Positions 17,646 through 27,461 of a DNA stretch of 64,000 bases are shown here, one piece after another. Numbering within the stretch: the first letter of the stretch is position 1; every line of letters begins with the position of its first letter. The position numbers were made by a program, and so were the translations under genes. The DNA is from Microcella sp. (GTDB taxonomy: Bacteria; Actinomycetota; Actinomycetes; Actinomycetales; Microbacteriaceae), in the NCBI GenBank assembly GCA_030158585.1, contig JAOASR010000036.1, positions 1,943 to 65,942 of the forward strand. Reading direction: 5' to 3'. The notes under the pieces were generated by a model that was not told the DNA's origin, ran no database searches, and saw only the letters and a list, made by a program, of their open reading frames with translations.

Positions 17646-18100
17646 CCGCCAGCCGAACCGTCGTGATCGTTACCAACGGACGCGAGCCTGCGGAGGCCAT
17701 CGCGGCAGCGCGTGCCGCAGCGCCGGGCGGCACGACCGCTGCAATCACAGCCCTGGTCTGGGGGCCCACGCCACCCGACGCAGGCAGCGGATCACCGGGA
17801 GAGATCGTCGGTCTCGGCAACCACCCGGCGGGGCTGCTCGATCGCGTCACCGACGTTCTGCTGCCCGCGGGCCTCACGCGGGCGCTTATGAAGAGCGGGC
17901 CCGGCCGGCTCGTGCACAGCCTGCTTCCCAGCGACCTGGGTCGACGCGTCTGGCGTCGCGCCCGGCGTATGCCCGAAGCGGTCGCCCTGCTCAGCGGTGC
18001 GCGGCTCGTCATCGCTGCCGACCCTGGCGCCGTGCGCACCGCATGGTTCGCGCTGCACCGCCTGGGCGCCGAGCGCGCCGTGATCGCCGGGCAGGGATAG
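17642..18100 (+). CDS. hypothetical protein (about 152 aa)
   Basis: GTGA overlap with the GT4 stop; resembles 14810-15271. Confidence 0.68.
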   Translation: MTASRTVVIVTNGREPAEAIAAARAAAPGGTTAAITALVWGPTPPDAGSGSPGEIVGLGNHPAGLLDRVTDVLLPAGLTRALMKSGPGRLVHSLLPSDLGRRVWRRARRMPEAVALLSGARLVIAADPGAVRTAWFALHRLGAERAVIAGQG

Positions 18101-18112
18101 CGCCCCGATCGG

Positions 18113-19912
18113 CTATGGGGTCGGGGTCGACTCGCCGCCCAGGCCCGCGAGCTCGGCCTGGGTCGCGAACTCGGGCACCGCGCGCCGCACGGCGTCGAAC
18201 GAGCCCTGCGCGACGAGCCGGCCGTCGGCGAGGAAGACGATGAGGTCGTTGTCGCGGATGGTCGCCAGGCGGTGCGCCACCGAGATGACGGTCATCTCGC
18301 CCTGCAGCGAGCGGATCGCCTGCACGACATCGCTCTCGGTCTTCGTGTCGAGGGCGCTCGTGGCCTCGTCGAGCACGAGCACGATCGGGTCGTTGTAGAG
18401 GGCGCGGGCGATGCCGAGGCGCTGCCGCTGGCCGCCCGACAGGGCCATGCCGCGGTCGCCGACGCGCGCGTGCACCCCGCCCTCGCGCTTCTGCACGACC
18501 TCCCACAGCTGGGCGCGCCGCAGCGCGCGCTCGACGCGCTCGAGGTCGAGCTCGCCCGACCAGGTGAGAGCCACGTTCTGGGCGACCGTGCCGTCGAACA
18601 GCGCGACATCCTGCGGAACGTAGCCGACCCGCGAGCGCCACGCCGCCATCACGTCGTCGAGGTTCTGCTCGTCGAGCATGATGCGGCCCTCGGTGGGCGA
18701 CAGCAGGCCGAGCAGCATGTCGACGAGCGTGGTCTTGCCCGACCCCGACGAGCCGACGATGCCCACCGACGTGCCGAGCGCGATCTCGAGGTCGACCCCG
18801 CTGATGGCGGGCGACTCGCTGCTCGGGTAGGTGAACGCGGCACCCTCGATGCGCAGCGTGCGCGGCTCGCCCGCGATCGGGTCGTGGCCGATCACCTCGG
18901 CCCGCTCGATGTAGACGCGCGACTGCGCGATGTCCTCGAGCACGGCCTGCACGTGCGCCGAGTTCGCCTGGGTGGTCGTGAGGATCGACTGCAGGCTCGT
19001 CAGCGACGGCACCAGCCGGAATCCGGCGACGCCAAACAGGGCGACGGAGGCGAGGGCCCCGGCCGGGCCGCCCGTCAGGTAGGCCACGCCGCCCACCAGC
19101 AGGAAGCCGCCGATGAGCCCCGCATCCAGCACGAAGCGCGGCACGGCCGAGATGAAGTGGATGTTCGCGCGCGCCCGCGTCGAATGCATGCGGTTGGCGT
19201 GCACGACGCCGGCGACCTCGCCGGCCTTGTCGCGCAGCGTGATCTCTTTGAGCGCCGAGACCATGTCGGTCATCAGACTCGCGACCTTGAACGAGTAGTC
19301 GCGGTTGACGCGACCGGCCTGCACCGCGCGCTTCGAGATGACGCGAGCCTGCAGCGCGGCGAGCCCGCCGAGGTAGACGATCGTGACGAGCGCGGTGATC
19401 GGCTCGGCGATGATGATGACGACCACCACCGCGACGCTCGTCACGACGAGGGTCGGCAGGGTCAGCACCGGCAGCAGGAACCCGCCGATCGTGTTGCCGA
19501 TGCCGACGTCGGCGAGGCGCACGAGCTGGGCGGTGTTCTTGCTGAGCCGGTCGGTCCACGGCGCGCGGATGTAGGCGTCGAACAGGCGGTCGCCGATCTC
19601 GAGCTCGAAGGCCGCGAAGCGCCGGGTCGCGTGCCACTGCAGCACGAGGCTGATGGCGGCCTTCGCGATGACGACGAGCGAGATCACGAGCAGGAACCAC
19701 ACGTACGAGTCGGGGCCGATGCTGCCGATGAGCGGCAGCTCGATGTCGGATCCGGTCACCATCGAGCCGAGCGAGACCGCCAGCAGGGCGATCGCCACGA
19801 CGTCGACGGCCGCGAGCAGCGAGGTGGCGATCGAGTAGCCGACGATGAACCGGCGCGCGCGGGCGGGCAGCAGCGGCACCAGGCGGCGCAGGGTTCGCAC
19901 GATCATCAGCAC
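18113..19912 (-). CDS. ABC transporter, fused permease+ATPase (PglK/Wzk-like lipid-linked glycan flippase candidate)
   Basis: N-terminal TM helices; GSSGSGKT, YVPQD, LSGGQRQR, LDEATSALD and AHRL. Confidence 0.9.
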   Translation of the reverse strand: MLMIVRTLRRLVPLLPARARRFIVGYSIATSLLAAVDVVAIALLAVSLGSMVTGSDIELPLIGSIGPDSYVWFLLVISLVVIAKAAISLVLQWHATRRFAAFELEIGDRLFDAYIRAPWTDRLSKNTAQLVRLADVGIGNTIGGFLLPVLTLPTLVVTSVAVVVVIIIAEPITALVTIVYLGGLAALQARVISKRAVQAGRVNRDYSFKVASLMTDMVSALKEITLRDKAGEVAGVVHANRMHSTRARANIHFISAVPRFVLDAGLIGGFLLVGGVAYLTGGPAGALASVALFGVAGFRLVPSLTSLQSILTTTQANSAHVQAVLEDIAQSRVYIERAEVIGHDPIAGEPRTLRIEGAAFTYPSSESPAISGVDLEIALGTSVGIVGSSGSGKTTLVDMLLGLLSPTEGRIMLDEQNLDDVMAAWRSRVGYVPQDVALFDGTVAQNVALTWSGELDLERVERALRRAQLWEVVQKREGGVHARVGDRGMALSGGQRQRLGIARALYNDPIVLVLDEATSALDTKTESDVVQAIRSLQGEMTVISVAHRLATIRDNDLIVFLADGRLVAQGSFDAVRRAVPEFATQAELAGLGGESTPTP

Positions 19913-19998
19913 GATGTCCGAGCCTACCTTCGGGCCCCACCACCTGGCCCGACGAGCGCCGGAGCCGCCGGGGTCTGCGACTGATAATCTCGGCTCTC

Positions 19999-21141
19999 GT
20001 GCCCCCTTCCGTGTCTACCGCGCGCGAGGCAAGGCTGGAATCGCTGACGGGCCTGCGGTGGTGGGCGGCCTTCGGGGTCTTTCTGTACCACATGGCCAAT
20101 CTCGCGCCGCTCCCGATCGTCGAGGTTCTCGACCTCGGGAACTACGGCGTGATGTTCTTCTTCGTGCTCTCGGGGTTCGTGCTCACCTGGTCGGCGCGAC
20201 CTGGTACGAGCGTCGCGACGTTCTACTGGCGTCGGTTCGCACGCATCTACCCTGCGCATTTCGTGGCGCTTCTGCTGGCCATCCCCGTCTTCTACAGCAC
20301 CAGCCCGAACCCCGATCAGTGGTGGGTGAAGCCCTTCGATCTGGGGGTGCTGCTGCTCTCGGTGCTGCTGATCCAGGGCTGGTCGTCGCAGCCCGTCATT
20401 CTCTTCTCCGGCAACCCGGCAGCGTGGACTCTCACGGTCGAGGCGTTCTTCTACTCTGTGCACCCGTGGTTGCAGCGGATTCTCGTCGTCCTGCGTTCAC
20501 GTGCTGCCGTCGTCGTCGCGATCACGCTCATCGTCCTGGCGTTCGGGTGGCGGATGCTCGAGCTCGCCTCTCCGGCCGTGGCAGGCCTCCCCGTGCCCAT
20601 TCCCGTCAGCCGCCTCGTCGAGTTCGCGGTGGGAATGTGCCTCGCCCACGCCATGCGAAGCGGCTGGCGATTCGGTGTGCGCCCCGTGTTCGTGCTCGGG
20701 GCCGGGGCCGCTCTCGTCATCATCCTCACCGTCGACACGGCGACTGCGTGGCTCGGCCCCGTCCGCGACATCGTCCGCGCCACCCAGACCGAGTGGATTC
20801 TCGTCTTCTGCGCGCTCCTCATCGCCTCCGTCGCCTCGCGCGACGCCTCCGGCGGGCGAAGCCGACTTCGGGGACGATGGATGGTGGCCCTCGGGGAGGC
20901 GTCGTACGCGTTCTACCTTGTCCACGCGACGGCCATCTACTTCGTTCTCGGGTTCGTGGGAAAGCAGTCTCTCGGCTGGGAGGGGATCATCTGGTACCCG
21001 CCCCTCTTCGCTGTCGCCCTGGCGCTCGCCTTCGCTCTGCATCTGGGAGTCGAGAAGCCGCTTGAGCGGCGCATGCGTCGCTGGTGGGACGCGCGGCACG
21101 CCCGGAAGCTCACCCAGACTCCGGTCTCGCCGGTCAGTTAG
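19999..21141 (+). CDS. acyltransferase family 3 (polysaccharide O-acyltransferase)
   Basis: LTGLR...VFLYH, GVMFFFVLSGF, RRFARIYP, WTLTVEAFFY and GEASYAFYLVH. Confidence 0.9.
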   Translation: MPPSVSTAREARLESLTGLRWWAAFGVFLYHMANLAPLPIVEVLDLGNYGVMFFFVLSGFVLTWSARPGTSVATFYWRRFARIYPAHFVALLLAIPVFYSTSPNPDQWWVKPFDLGVLLLSVLLIQGWSSQPVILFSGNPAAWTLTVEAFFYSVHPWLQRILVVLRSRAAVVVAITLIVLAFGWRMLELASPAVAGLPVPIPVSRLVEFAVGMCLAHAMRSGWRFGVRPVFVLGAGAALVIILTVDTATAWLGPVRDIVRATQTEWILVFCALLIASVASRDASGGRSRLRGRWMVALGEASYAFYLVHATAIYFVLGFVGKQSLGWEGIIWYPPLFAVALALAFALHLGVEKPLERRMRRWWDARHARKLTQTPVSPVS

Positions 21142-22289
21142 GGCAGCATCGCTCGGATCACGACCTGCGACGCTCTGTCGGCGACGGCCGTTGAATCGAC
21201 GCTCTCGCGAGCCCACGCCGCTTGGTGATGACGCTCGGCGTCGGAGGGCGGGCGCGACAGCATGGAGCGGATCGCGAGAGCGACAGCCTCCGGGTCGTGC
21301 GCGACGGCGATCCCCAGCGGCGCGCTCGCTGCGAAGTCCGCTCCTGGCCCGTCGCCGGAGAACAGAATGGGCGCGCCGGCGGCCGCGGCGGCGTAGAGCT
21401 TCGTCGGAAAGGCGAATTGATAGCCGCCGACCGGTCTCACGCTCGCCAGCGCCACCGCCGCACCCCGAAGGAGCGTGGCGATCTCGGCAGGCTGCGCGGT
21501 CGGCCGGAACGAGGCACGTCCGGGCGCGATCCGCTCCGCACGACGACGCAGTGCTTCGACCTCCGTCCCCCCTCCCACGAAGATCAGCCGCGCCTCGGGC
21601 ACGTGGGCAAGCGCGTCGACGAACACTCCTGCTCCGTGAACCTCGGATGCGGTGCCCGCATAGAGCAGGTAACCCGGCTCCGTGCCGGAGACTGGTCCGT
21701 CGGGCGAGAACACGCTCGTGTCGATGCCATTGCCCACCTCGGCGATCGTCGCGGCGGAGACTCCCAACTCGATCAGTCGAGCGGTGACCGTCGCCGACAC
21801 GCTCAGAACGGCCGCCGATCGTCTCCAGACCACGCGCTCCATCCAGCGCACCGCTCTCACCACGAGTGCCGGGCTCCCCGCGCTCCCCGCCGCGTCAGAG
21901 AGCACATCAGCGGCGTAGTAGACGACGGGCGTACGCCGCAGCCACGCGACCGCGAGCGCGACGAGCCCGGTGGTCGGAGGTGGCTCGACGACGAAGACTG
22001 ATGCACGTCGCGCGAACAGCAGTCGCGCGAACAGCGGGAGATCGAAGCTCAGGTACGAGAAGTAGCCCCTGACGGCGCCGTCGGGGCCGCGCAGCACCGG
22101 AGCGCGCTTCACCCGTACCCGAGGGTCGGCGATCTGTGTGCCGTCAGGGGCGAACGCGCGAGGAAGTCGAGAGGTGACGACGGTGACGTCGCAGCCGCGG
22201 TCAGCGAGAGAGGTCGCCAAGGCAGCCAGCCGAAAGGACGCAGCCGCAGGCTCCGGGGCGAAGATTCGGCTCGCGATGACGACGCGCAT
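21138..22289 (-). CDS. GT4 glycosyltransferase (WbuB-like)
   Basis: Start ATG 22289 MRVVIASRIFAPE; VGNGID, YAGT and FPTKLYAAAAAGAP. Confidence 0.85.
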   Translation of the reverse strand: MRVVIASRIFAPEPAAASFRLAALATSLADRGCDVTVVTSRLPRAFAPDGTQIADPRVRVKRAPVLRGPDGAVRGYFSYLSFDLPLFARLLFARRASVFVVEPPPTTGLVALAVAWLRRTPVVYYAADVLSDAAGSAGSPALVVRAVRWMERVVWRRSAAVLSVSATVTARLIELGVSAATIAEVGNGIDTSVFSPDGPVSGTEPGYLLYAGTASEVHGAGVFVDALAHVPEARLIFVGGGTEVEALRRRAERIAPGRASFRPTAQPAEIATLLRGAAVALASVRPVGGYQFAFPTKLYAAAAAGAPILFSGDGPGADFAASAPLGIAVAHDPEAVALAIRSMLSRPPSDAERHHQAAWARESVDSTAVADRASQVVIRAMLP

Positions 22290-22291
22290 CG

Positions 22292-23275
22292 TCAGAAGGT
22301 GACGGCGGTTCCCGTGCGGGCCGAGTCGAGCATCCCCTCGACGACCGCGAGGGTGCGCAGGCCCTGCTCCATCGTGACGACGTCGGTCTGCTCGCCCAGC
22401 ACGGCGTCGCGGAAGTTCTCGTGCTCGACGCGCAGCGGCTCGCGCTTGGCGAACGCGTAGCGGATGACATCGCCCTCGCTCACGCCACGGAAGCTCGAGA
22501 CGCTCTCCCACTCGAGCGGAATGGTGCCGTTGGCGTAGAAGGTCAGATCGCCCGTCGAGGTGTCGGCGACGAAGGCCCCGCGCTCGCCCGTGACGATCGT
22601 CACGCGCTCCTTCATGGGGCTCAGCCAGTTGACGAGGTGCGAGACGACCGTGCCGTTCGCCAGTCGGCCCGTGGCCGTGACCATGTCTTCGTACTCGCGG
22701 CCGCTCTTGTGCGCGGTCTGGGCGAAGACCGTCGCGTACGTGCTCTGCGCGACCCACGCGGTCAGGTCGATGTCGTGGCTCGCGAGATCCTTGCCGACGC
22801 CGACGTCGGCGATACGAGAGGGGAACGGTCCCTGTCGGCGCGTGGCGATCTGGTAGACGTCGCCCAGGTCGCCCGCCTCAAGACGGCGGCGCAGCTCCTG
22901 CAGGGCGGGGTTGAAGCGCTCGATGTGGCCGACCGCGCCGACGAGCCCCTTCGCGGCGAAGGCGTCGACCATGCGCTGACCCGCCTCGACGGAGTCGGCG
23001 ATGGGCTTCTCGACGAGCGTGTGGACCCCGGCCTCCGCGAGCCGGAGAGCGGCATCCTCATGGAAGCGCGTCGGCACCGCGACGACCGCGATATCGACGC
23101 CCGCCGCGATGAGCGCATCGATGTCGGGAAGGATCGGGAGGCTGCCGGCGACGCCGTGCGGATCGCCGCCCGGGTCGGCGATCGCGACGAGCTCGACGCC
23201 CGGCAGCTCGCGCAGCACGCGGGCGTGATGGCGGCCCATCATGCCGACGCCGAGCAGACCGGCGCGCAGCGTCAT
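22292..23275 (-). CDS. Gfo/Idh/MocA oxidoreductase (WbpB/WlbA-like UDP-GlcNAcA 3-dehydrogenase)
   Basis: TGATG-coupled start 23275; GVGMMG, AVPT, VEKP, GHIERFNPA and DLASHDID. Confidence 0.87.
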   Translation of the reverse strand: MTLRAGLLGVGMMGRHHARVLRELPGVELVAIADPGGDPHGVAGSLPILPDIDALIAAGVDIAVVAVPTRFHEDAALRLAEAGVHTLVEKPIADSVEAGQRMVDAFAAKGLVGAVGHIERFNPALQELRRRLEAGDLGDVYQIATRRQGPFPSRIADVGVGKDLASHDIDLTAWVAQSTYATVFAQTAHKSGREYEDMVTATGRLANGTVVSHLVNWLSPMKERVTIVTGERGAFVADTSTGDLTFYANGTIPLEWESVSSFRGVSEGDVIRYAFAKREPLRVEHENFRDAVLGEQTDVVTMEQGLRTLAVVEGMLDSARTGTAVTF

Positions 23276-24375
23276 CAGGCGCCCGCCTTCGCGACCTTGT
23301 TCACGGCCTTGACGATGCGCGACAGATCCTTCGGCGAGAGCGACGGATGCACGGGCAGCGAGACGACCTCGCGCGCGGCTCGCTCGGTCTCGGGCAGGTC
23401 GAGCCCCGGGGCGAACTTCGCGAGCGAGGGCAGGCGGTGGTTGGGGATCGGGTAGTACACGCCCGAGCCGATGCCGTGCTCCTCGCGGAGCGCCTTGGCG
23501 AAGCCGTCGCGGTCGTGCGGCACGCGGATCGTGTACTGGTGGTAGACGTGCACGGCGCCGGTCGCGACAGTGGGGATGACGACGTTCTCGAGTCGAGCAT
23601 CCAGGTACGCGGCGTTCTTCTGGCGCTGCTTCGTCCAGCCGTCGACCTTCGTGAGCTGCACGCGGCCGATCGCAGCATGGATGTCGGTCATGCGCGCATT
23701 GAAGCCGACGACCTCGTTCTCGTACTGCTTCTCCATGCCCTGGTTGCGCAGCAGCTTGACGTTGCGCACGAGCTCGGGGGTGTCGCACGCGACCATGCCG
23801 CCCTCGCCCGATGTCATGTTCTTCGTCGGGTAGAGGCTGAACATCGCGAAGCGGCCCCACGTGCCGACGGGGCGGCCGTCGAGCGAGGCGCCGTGCGCCT
23901 GCGCCGCGTCTTCGTAGATCTCGACGCCGTACTTCGCGGCGATCGCCTCGAGCTCGCGCATGCGCGCCGGGTGGCCGTAGAGGTGCACGGGCATGATGCC
24001 CTTCGTGCGGGGGGTGATGGCCGCCTCGACGGCAGCCGGATCGAGGCCGAAGGTGTCGGGCTCGATGTCGACGAACACGGGCGTCGCGCCCGTCAGCGCG
24101 ACCGAGTTGCCCGTCGCGGCGAACGTGAACGAGGGCACGATGACCTCGTCGCCGGGGCCGACGCCGGCGGCGAGCTGGCCGAGGTGCTGGCCGGCCGTGC
24201 CGCTGTTGACGGCGACGCACGCACGGCCCTGCACGAAGTGCGCGCCGAACTCCCGCTCGAAGGCCGCCACCTCGGGGCCCTGGGCGACCATGCCCGACTT
24301 CATGACGCGCATGACGGCGCGACGCTCGTCACGGCCGATGATCGGCTTCGCGGCGGGGATCAGGGGCTTGCTCAC
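23275..24375 (-). CDS. DegT/DnrJ/EryC1/StrS aminotransferase (WbpE-like)
   Basis: NSGTAG, PSFTFAAT, PVHLYG, EDAAQAHGA and SLYPTKNMTSGEGG. Confidence 0.92.
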   Translation of the reverse strand: MSKPLIPAAKPIIGRDERRAVMRVMKSGMVAQGPEVAAFEREFGAHFVQGRACVAVNSGTAGQHLGQLAAGVGPGDEVIVPSFTFAATGNSVALTGATPVFVDIEPDTFGLDPAAVEAAITPRTKGIMPVHLYGHPARMRELEAIAAKYGVEIYEDAAQAHGASLDGRPVGTWGRFAMFSLYPTKNMTSGEGGMVACDTPELVRNVKLLRNQGMEKQYENEVVGFNARMTDIHAAIGRVQLTKVDGWTKQRQKNAAYLDARLENVVIPTVATGAVHVYHQYTIRVPHDRDGFAKALREEHGIGSGVYYPIPNHRLPSLAKFAPGLDLPETERAAREVVSLPVHPSLSPKDLSRIVKAVNKVAKAGA

Positions 24376-24980
24376 GCGTTCGCGTCCTCTCTCAGTGCTC
24401 CGTCGACCTCGCGGTAGACGTCGCCGGTCTGCGGGCACACCCAGGTGCCGTCGTTCTCGACCAGGCGCACGCCCGCTCGCCCTACCCACCCCAGGCGGCG
24501 CGCGGGCACACCGGCCATGAGGGCGAAGTCGGGAACATCCTTCGTGACCACGCTGCCAGCGGCGATCGTCGCCCAGCGGCCGATCGTGACGGGCGCGACG
24601 CACACCGCTCGAGCGCCGATCGCGGCCCCCTCGCGGATCGTGACGCCGACCGGCTGCCAGTCGTGGGCCGATTTCGGGCTGCCGTCGGGGTTGACGGCGC
24701 GCGGATAGGTGTCGTTCGTGAGCACGACCGCCGGCCCGATGAAGACGCCCGCCTCGAGCTTCGCCGGCTCGTAAACGAGGGCGTAGTTCTGCACCTTGCA
24801 GTTGTCGCCCATCTCGACCCCGGTGCCGATATAGGCGCCGCGGCCGACGACGCAGTTCTCACCGAGGCGGGCGTTCTCGCGCACCTGCGCCAGGTGCCAG
24901 ATGGACGAGCCTGCGCCGATGGACGCGGATTCGGCGACGTCGGCGGAATCGACGATGCGCACGTCGGACGATGCAGTCAC
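24372..24980 (-). CDS. hexapeptide-repeat N-acetyltransferase (WbpD-like)
   Basis: IWHLAQ, CKVQN, FIGPAVVLTNDTYPR and AGSVVTKDVP..ALMAGVPA. Confidence 0.9.
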   Translation of the reverse strand: MTASSDVRIVDSADVAESASIGAGSSIWHLAQVRENARLGENCVVGRGAYIGTGVEMGDNCKVQNYALVYEPAKLEAGVFIGPAVVLTNDTYPRAVNPDGSPKSAHDWQPVGVTIREGAAIGARAVCVAPVTIGRWATIAAGSVVTKDVPDFALMAGVPARRLGWVGRAGVRLVENDGTWVCPQTGDVYREVDGALREDANA

Positions 24981-25067
24981 GGAGGGGGCCCCCAGGATGT
25001 CGGGACGGGTGTCGCGCGCGGCTCGAGCGCGACCTCCAGGCTAACGCGTTCTGTCAGAATGGCCCGT

Positions 25068-25784
25068 ATGCCCACCGCACCCGAGCCCGGCGACGCCGGC
25101 GCGCCGACCGTCGGGCGCGACGAGTCGGTCTGGGTGGTCATCCCCCTCTTCAACGAGGCATCGGTCGTCGCGGGGGTCATCGCGGAGCTGCTGACCGCCT
25201 TCGTGCACGTCGTGTGCGTCGACGACGGTTCGACCGACAGGTCGGCGGAGGTGGCGGAAGCAGCCGGTGCCCGCGTGATCCGTCACCCGTACAACCTCGG
25301 GCAGGGCGCGGCACTGCAGACGGGAATCAGCTACGCCCGCGACCAGCAGGGCGCCGAGTTCATCGTCACCTTCGACGCCGACGGGCAGCACCGGGTGGTG
25401 GATGCTCTGGCCATGGTCGCGCTCGCGCGCGCGGAGGAGGTCGCGGTCGTCTTCGGCTCGCGGTTCCTCGACGACCGCACGCGGCCTGGCCTCCTGAAGA
25501 AGACGGTGCTCAAGACCGCCGTGTGGGTCACCAACATGTCGACGGGGCTGACGCTCACCGATGCCCACAACGGACTGCGCGTCATTCGCACCGATGCCGC
25601 TCGCTTCGTCAACCTCAAGCAGGACCGCATGGCCCACGCGACCGAGATCGTGCTGCAGCTCGGCCGCAGCGGACTGCCGTACCGCGAGTTCCCCGTCGAG
25701 GTGCTCTACACCGACTACTCGCGCGGCAAGGGCCAGTCGCTGCTGAACTCGATCAACATCCTCGTCGACCTCGTGATCAACTGA
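25068..25784 (+). CDS. GT2 polyprenyl-phosphate glycosyltransferase (DPM1/PpgS/GacI-like)
   Basis: VVIPLFNEA, VDDGSTD, NLGQGAAL, TFDADGQH, GSRF and TDAHNGLR. Start is 25068 or 25059. Confidence 0.87.
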   Translation: MPTAPEPGDAGAPTVGRDESVWVVIPLFNEASVVAGVIAELLTAFVHVVCVDDGSTDRSAEVAEAAGARVIRHPYNLGQGAALQTGISYARDQQGAEFIVTFDADGQHRVVDALAMVALARAEEVAVVFGSRFLDDRTRPGLLKKTVLKTAVWVTNMSTGLTLTDAHNGLRVIRTDAARFVNLKQDRMAHATEIVLQLGRSGLPYREFPVEVLYTDYSRGKGQSLLNSINILVDLVIN

Positions 25785-25803
25785 CCGGGAGGAGACCGAC
25801 GCC

Positions 25804-26169
25804 ATGTGGTTCCAGATCCTGCTCGTGCTCGCCCTCGTGGGCACCGCCGTGTACCTGCTCAGGTCGACGCCGAACGCCAAGCACCTCGCCATCCGGCGCC
25901 TGGTGGTCTTTCTGGGTCTCGCCGTCGGCATCGTCGTCGTCGTCGCGCCCGGGTTCCTGACCCGCATCGCGAACGCCGTCGGCATTGGTCGAGGAGCCGA
26001 TCTGCTGTTCTACGTCGCCATCCTCGCCGGGCTCATCTACGTCGTGAACGAGTACAAGCGTTCGGTGCAGCTCGCCCGCGCCAACACGCAGCTGGCTCGC
26101 GAGCTCGCTCTGACCGAGGCTCGCCTGCAGGATCGCATCGCCGAGCTCGAACGAAAGGAACCGTCGTGA
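25804..26169 (+). CDS. DUF2304 family small membrane protein
   Basis: Three TM segments, GIGRGADLLFY and a C-terminal LARELAL coiled coil; follows a DPM1-like GT2; GGAGG SD. Confidence 0.82.
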   Translation: MWFQILLVLALVGTAVYLLRSTPNAKHLAIRRLVVFLGLAVGIVVVVAPGFLTRIANAVGIGRGADLLFYVAILAGLIYVVNEYKRSVQLARANTQLARELALTEARLQDRIAELERKEPS

Positions 26170-27461
26170 AGATCGCCGTCATCGCCCTGGGAAAGATCGG
26201 GCTCCCGCTCGCCGTGCAGTTCGCGTCGAAGGGCCACGAGGTGGTCGGCGTCGACGTCAACCCGGCGACCGTCGAGGCGGTCAATGCGGGACGCGAGCCG
26301 TTCCCCGGCGAGGCCCACCTGCAGGAGCTGCTGAGCGAGCTGGTGCCGGCGGGCCGTCTGCGCGCGACGACCGATTATGCGGATGCTGTGCCCGGAGCCG
26401 ACGCAGTCGTGCTCGTGGTGCCGCTCTTCGTCGACGAGAACGCCGTTCCCGACTTCGGCTGGATGGATGCCGCGACCCGCAGCCTCGCCGAGCACCTCAC
26501 GCCGGGCACCCTCGTCGCGTACGAGACGACACTGCCCGTCGGCACGACCCGCACGCGCTGGAAGCCCATGCTCGAGGAGGGTTCGGGGCTGGCCGAGGGC
26601 ACGGACTTCCACCTCGTCTTCTCGCCCGAGCGCGTGCTCACCGGTCGCGTCTTCGCCGACCTGCGCAAGTACCCCAAGCTCGTCGGCGGGCTCTCCCCCG
26701 CGGGTGCCGCGGCGGCGGTCTCGTTCTACGAGGAGGTGCTCGACTTCGACGCGCGCCCCGACCTCGCCCGCGGCAACGGCGTCTGGGATCTCGGCAGCGC
26801 CGAGGCCGCCGAGATGGCCAAGCTCGCCGAGACCACGTACCGCGACGTCAACATCGGCCTCGCGAACCAGTTCGCGCAGTTCGCCGCGACGGCCGGCATC
26901 GACATCTACCAGGTGATCGACGCCTCGAACTCGCAGCCCTACAGCCACATCCACCAGCCCGGCATCGCCGTCGGCGGACACTGCATCCCCGTCTACCCGC
27001 GCCTCTACCTCTGGAACGACCCCGCGGCCACCGTCGTGCGCGCCGCGCGCGAGGCGAATGCGGGGATGCCCGACTACACGGTCGGCCTCCTCGAGGGTGT
27101 GCACGGCTCGCTGCAGGGGCAGCGCGTCGTCGTGCTCGGCGCCGCCTACCGCGGCGGCGTGAAGGAGACCGCGTTCTCGGGCGTCTTCCCCGCCGTCAAA
27201 GCTCTGCGCTCGCGCGGGGCCGAGGTGCTCGTGCACGACCCGCTCTACAGCGACGACGAACTCGCTCGCTTCGGCTGGGCGCCGTACCACCTCGGCGAGC
27301 CCGTTGATGCGGCCTTGGTGCAGGCCGACCACGCCGAGTACCGCGAGCTGACGCCGAGCGATCTGCCGGGCATCCGCACCTTCATCGACGGCCGCCGCGT
27401 GTCGAGCGCCGACCGCTGGCCGGACGCGACCTACCGCGTGATCGGCATCCCGGGGGCCTGA
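26166..27461 (+). CDS. nucleotide-sugar 6-dehydrogenase (WbpA/WecC-like UDP-HexNAc dehydrogenase)
   Basis: GTGA-coupled start; ALGKIGLPLA, ETTLPVGTT, FSPERV, KLAETTYRDVNI and VGGHCIP. Confidence 0.9.
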   Translation: MKIAVIALGKIGLPLAVQFASKGHEVVGVDVNPATVEAVNAGREPFPGEAHLQELLSELVPAGRLRATTDYADAVPGADAVVLVVPLFVDENAVPDFGWMDAATRSLAEHLTPGTLVAYETTLPVGTTRTRWKPMLEEGSGLAEGTDFHLVFSPERVLTGRVFADLRKYPKLVGGLSPAGAAAAVSFYEEVLDFDARPDLARGNGVWDLGSAEAAEMAKLAETTYRDVNIGLANQFAQFAATAGIDIYQVIDASNSQPYSHIHQPGIAVGGHCIPVYPRLYLWNDPAATVVRAAREANAGMPDYTVGLLEGVHGSLQGQRVVVLGAAYRGGVKETAFSGVFPAVKALRSRGAEVLVHDPLYSDDELARFGWAPYHLGEPVDAALVQADHAEYRELTPSDLPGIRTFIDGRRVSSADRWPDATYRVIGIPGA

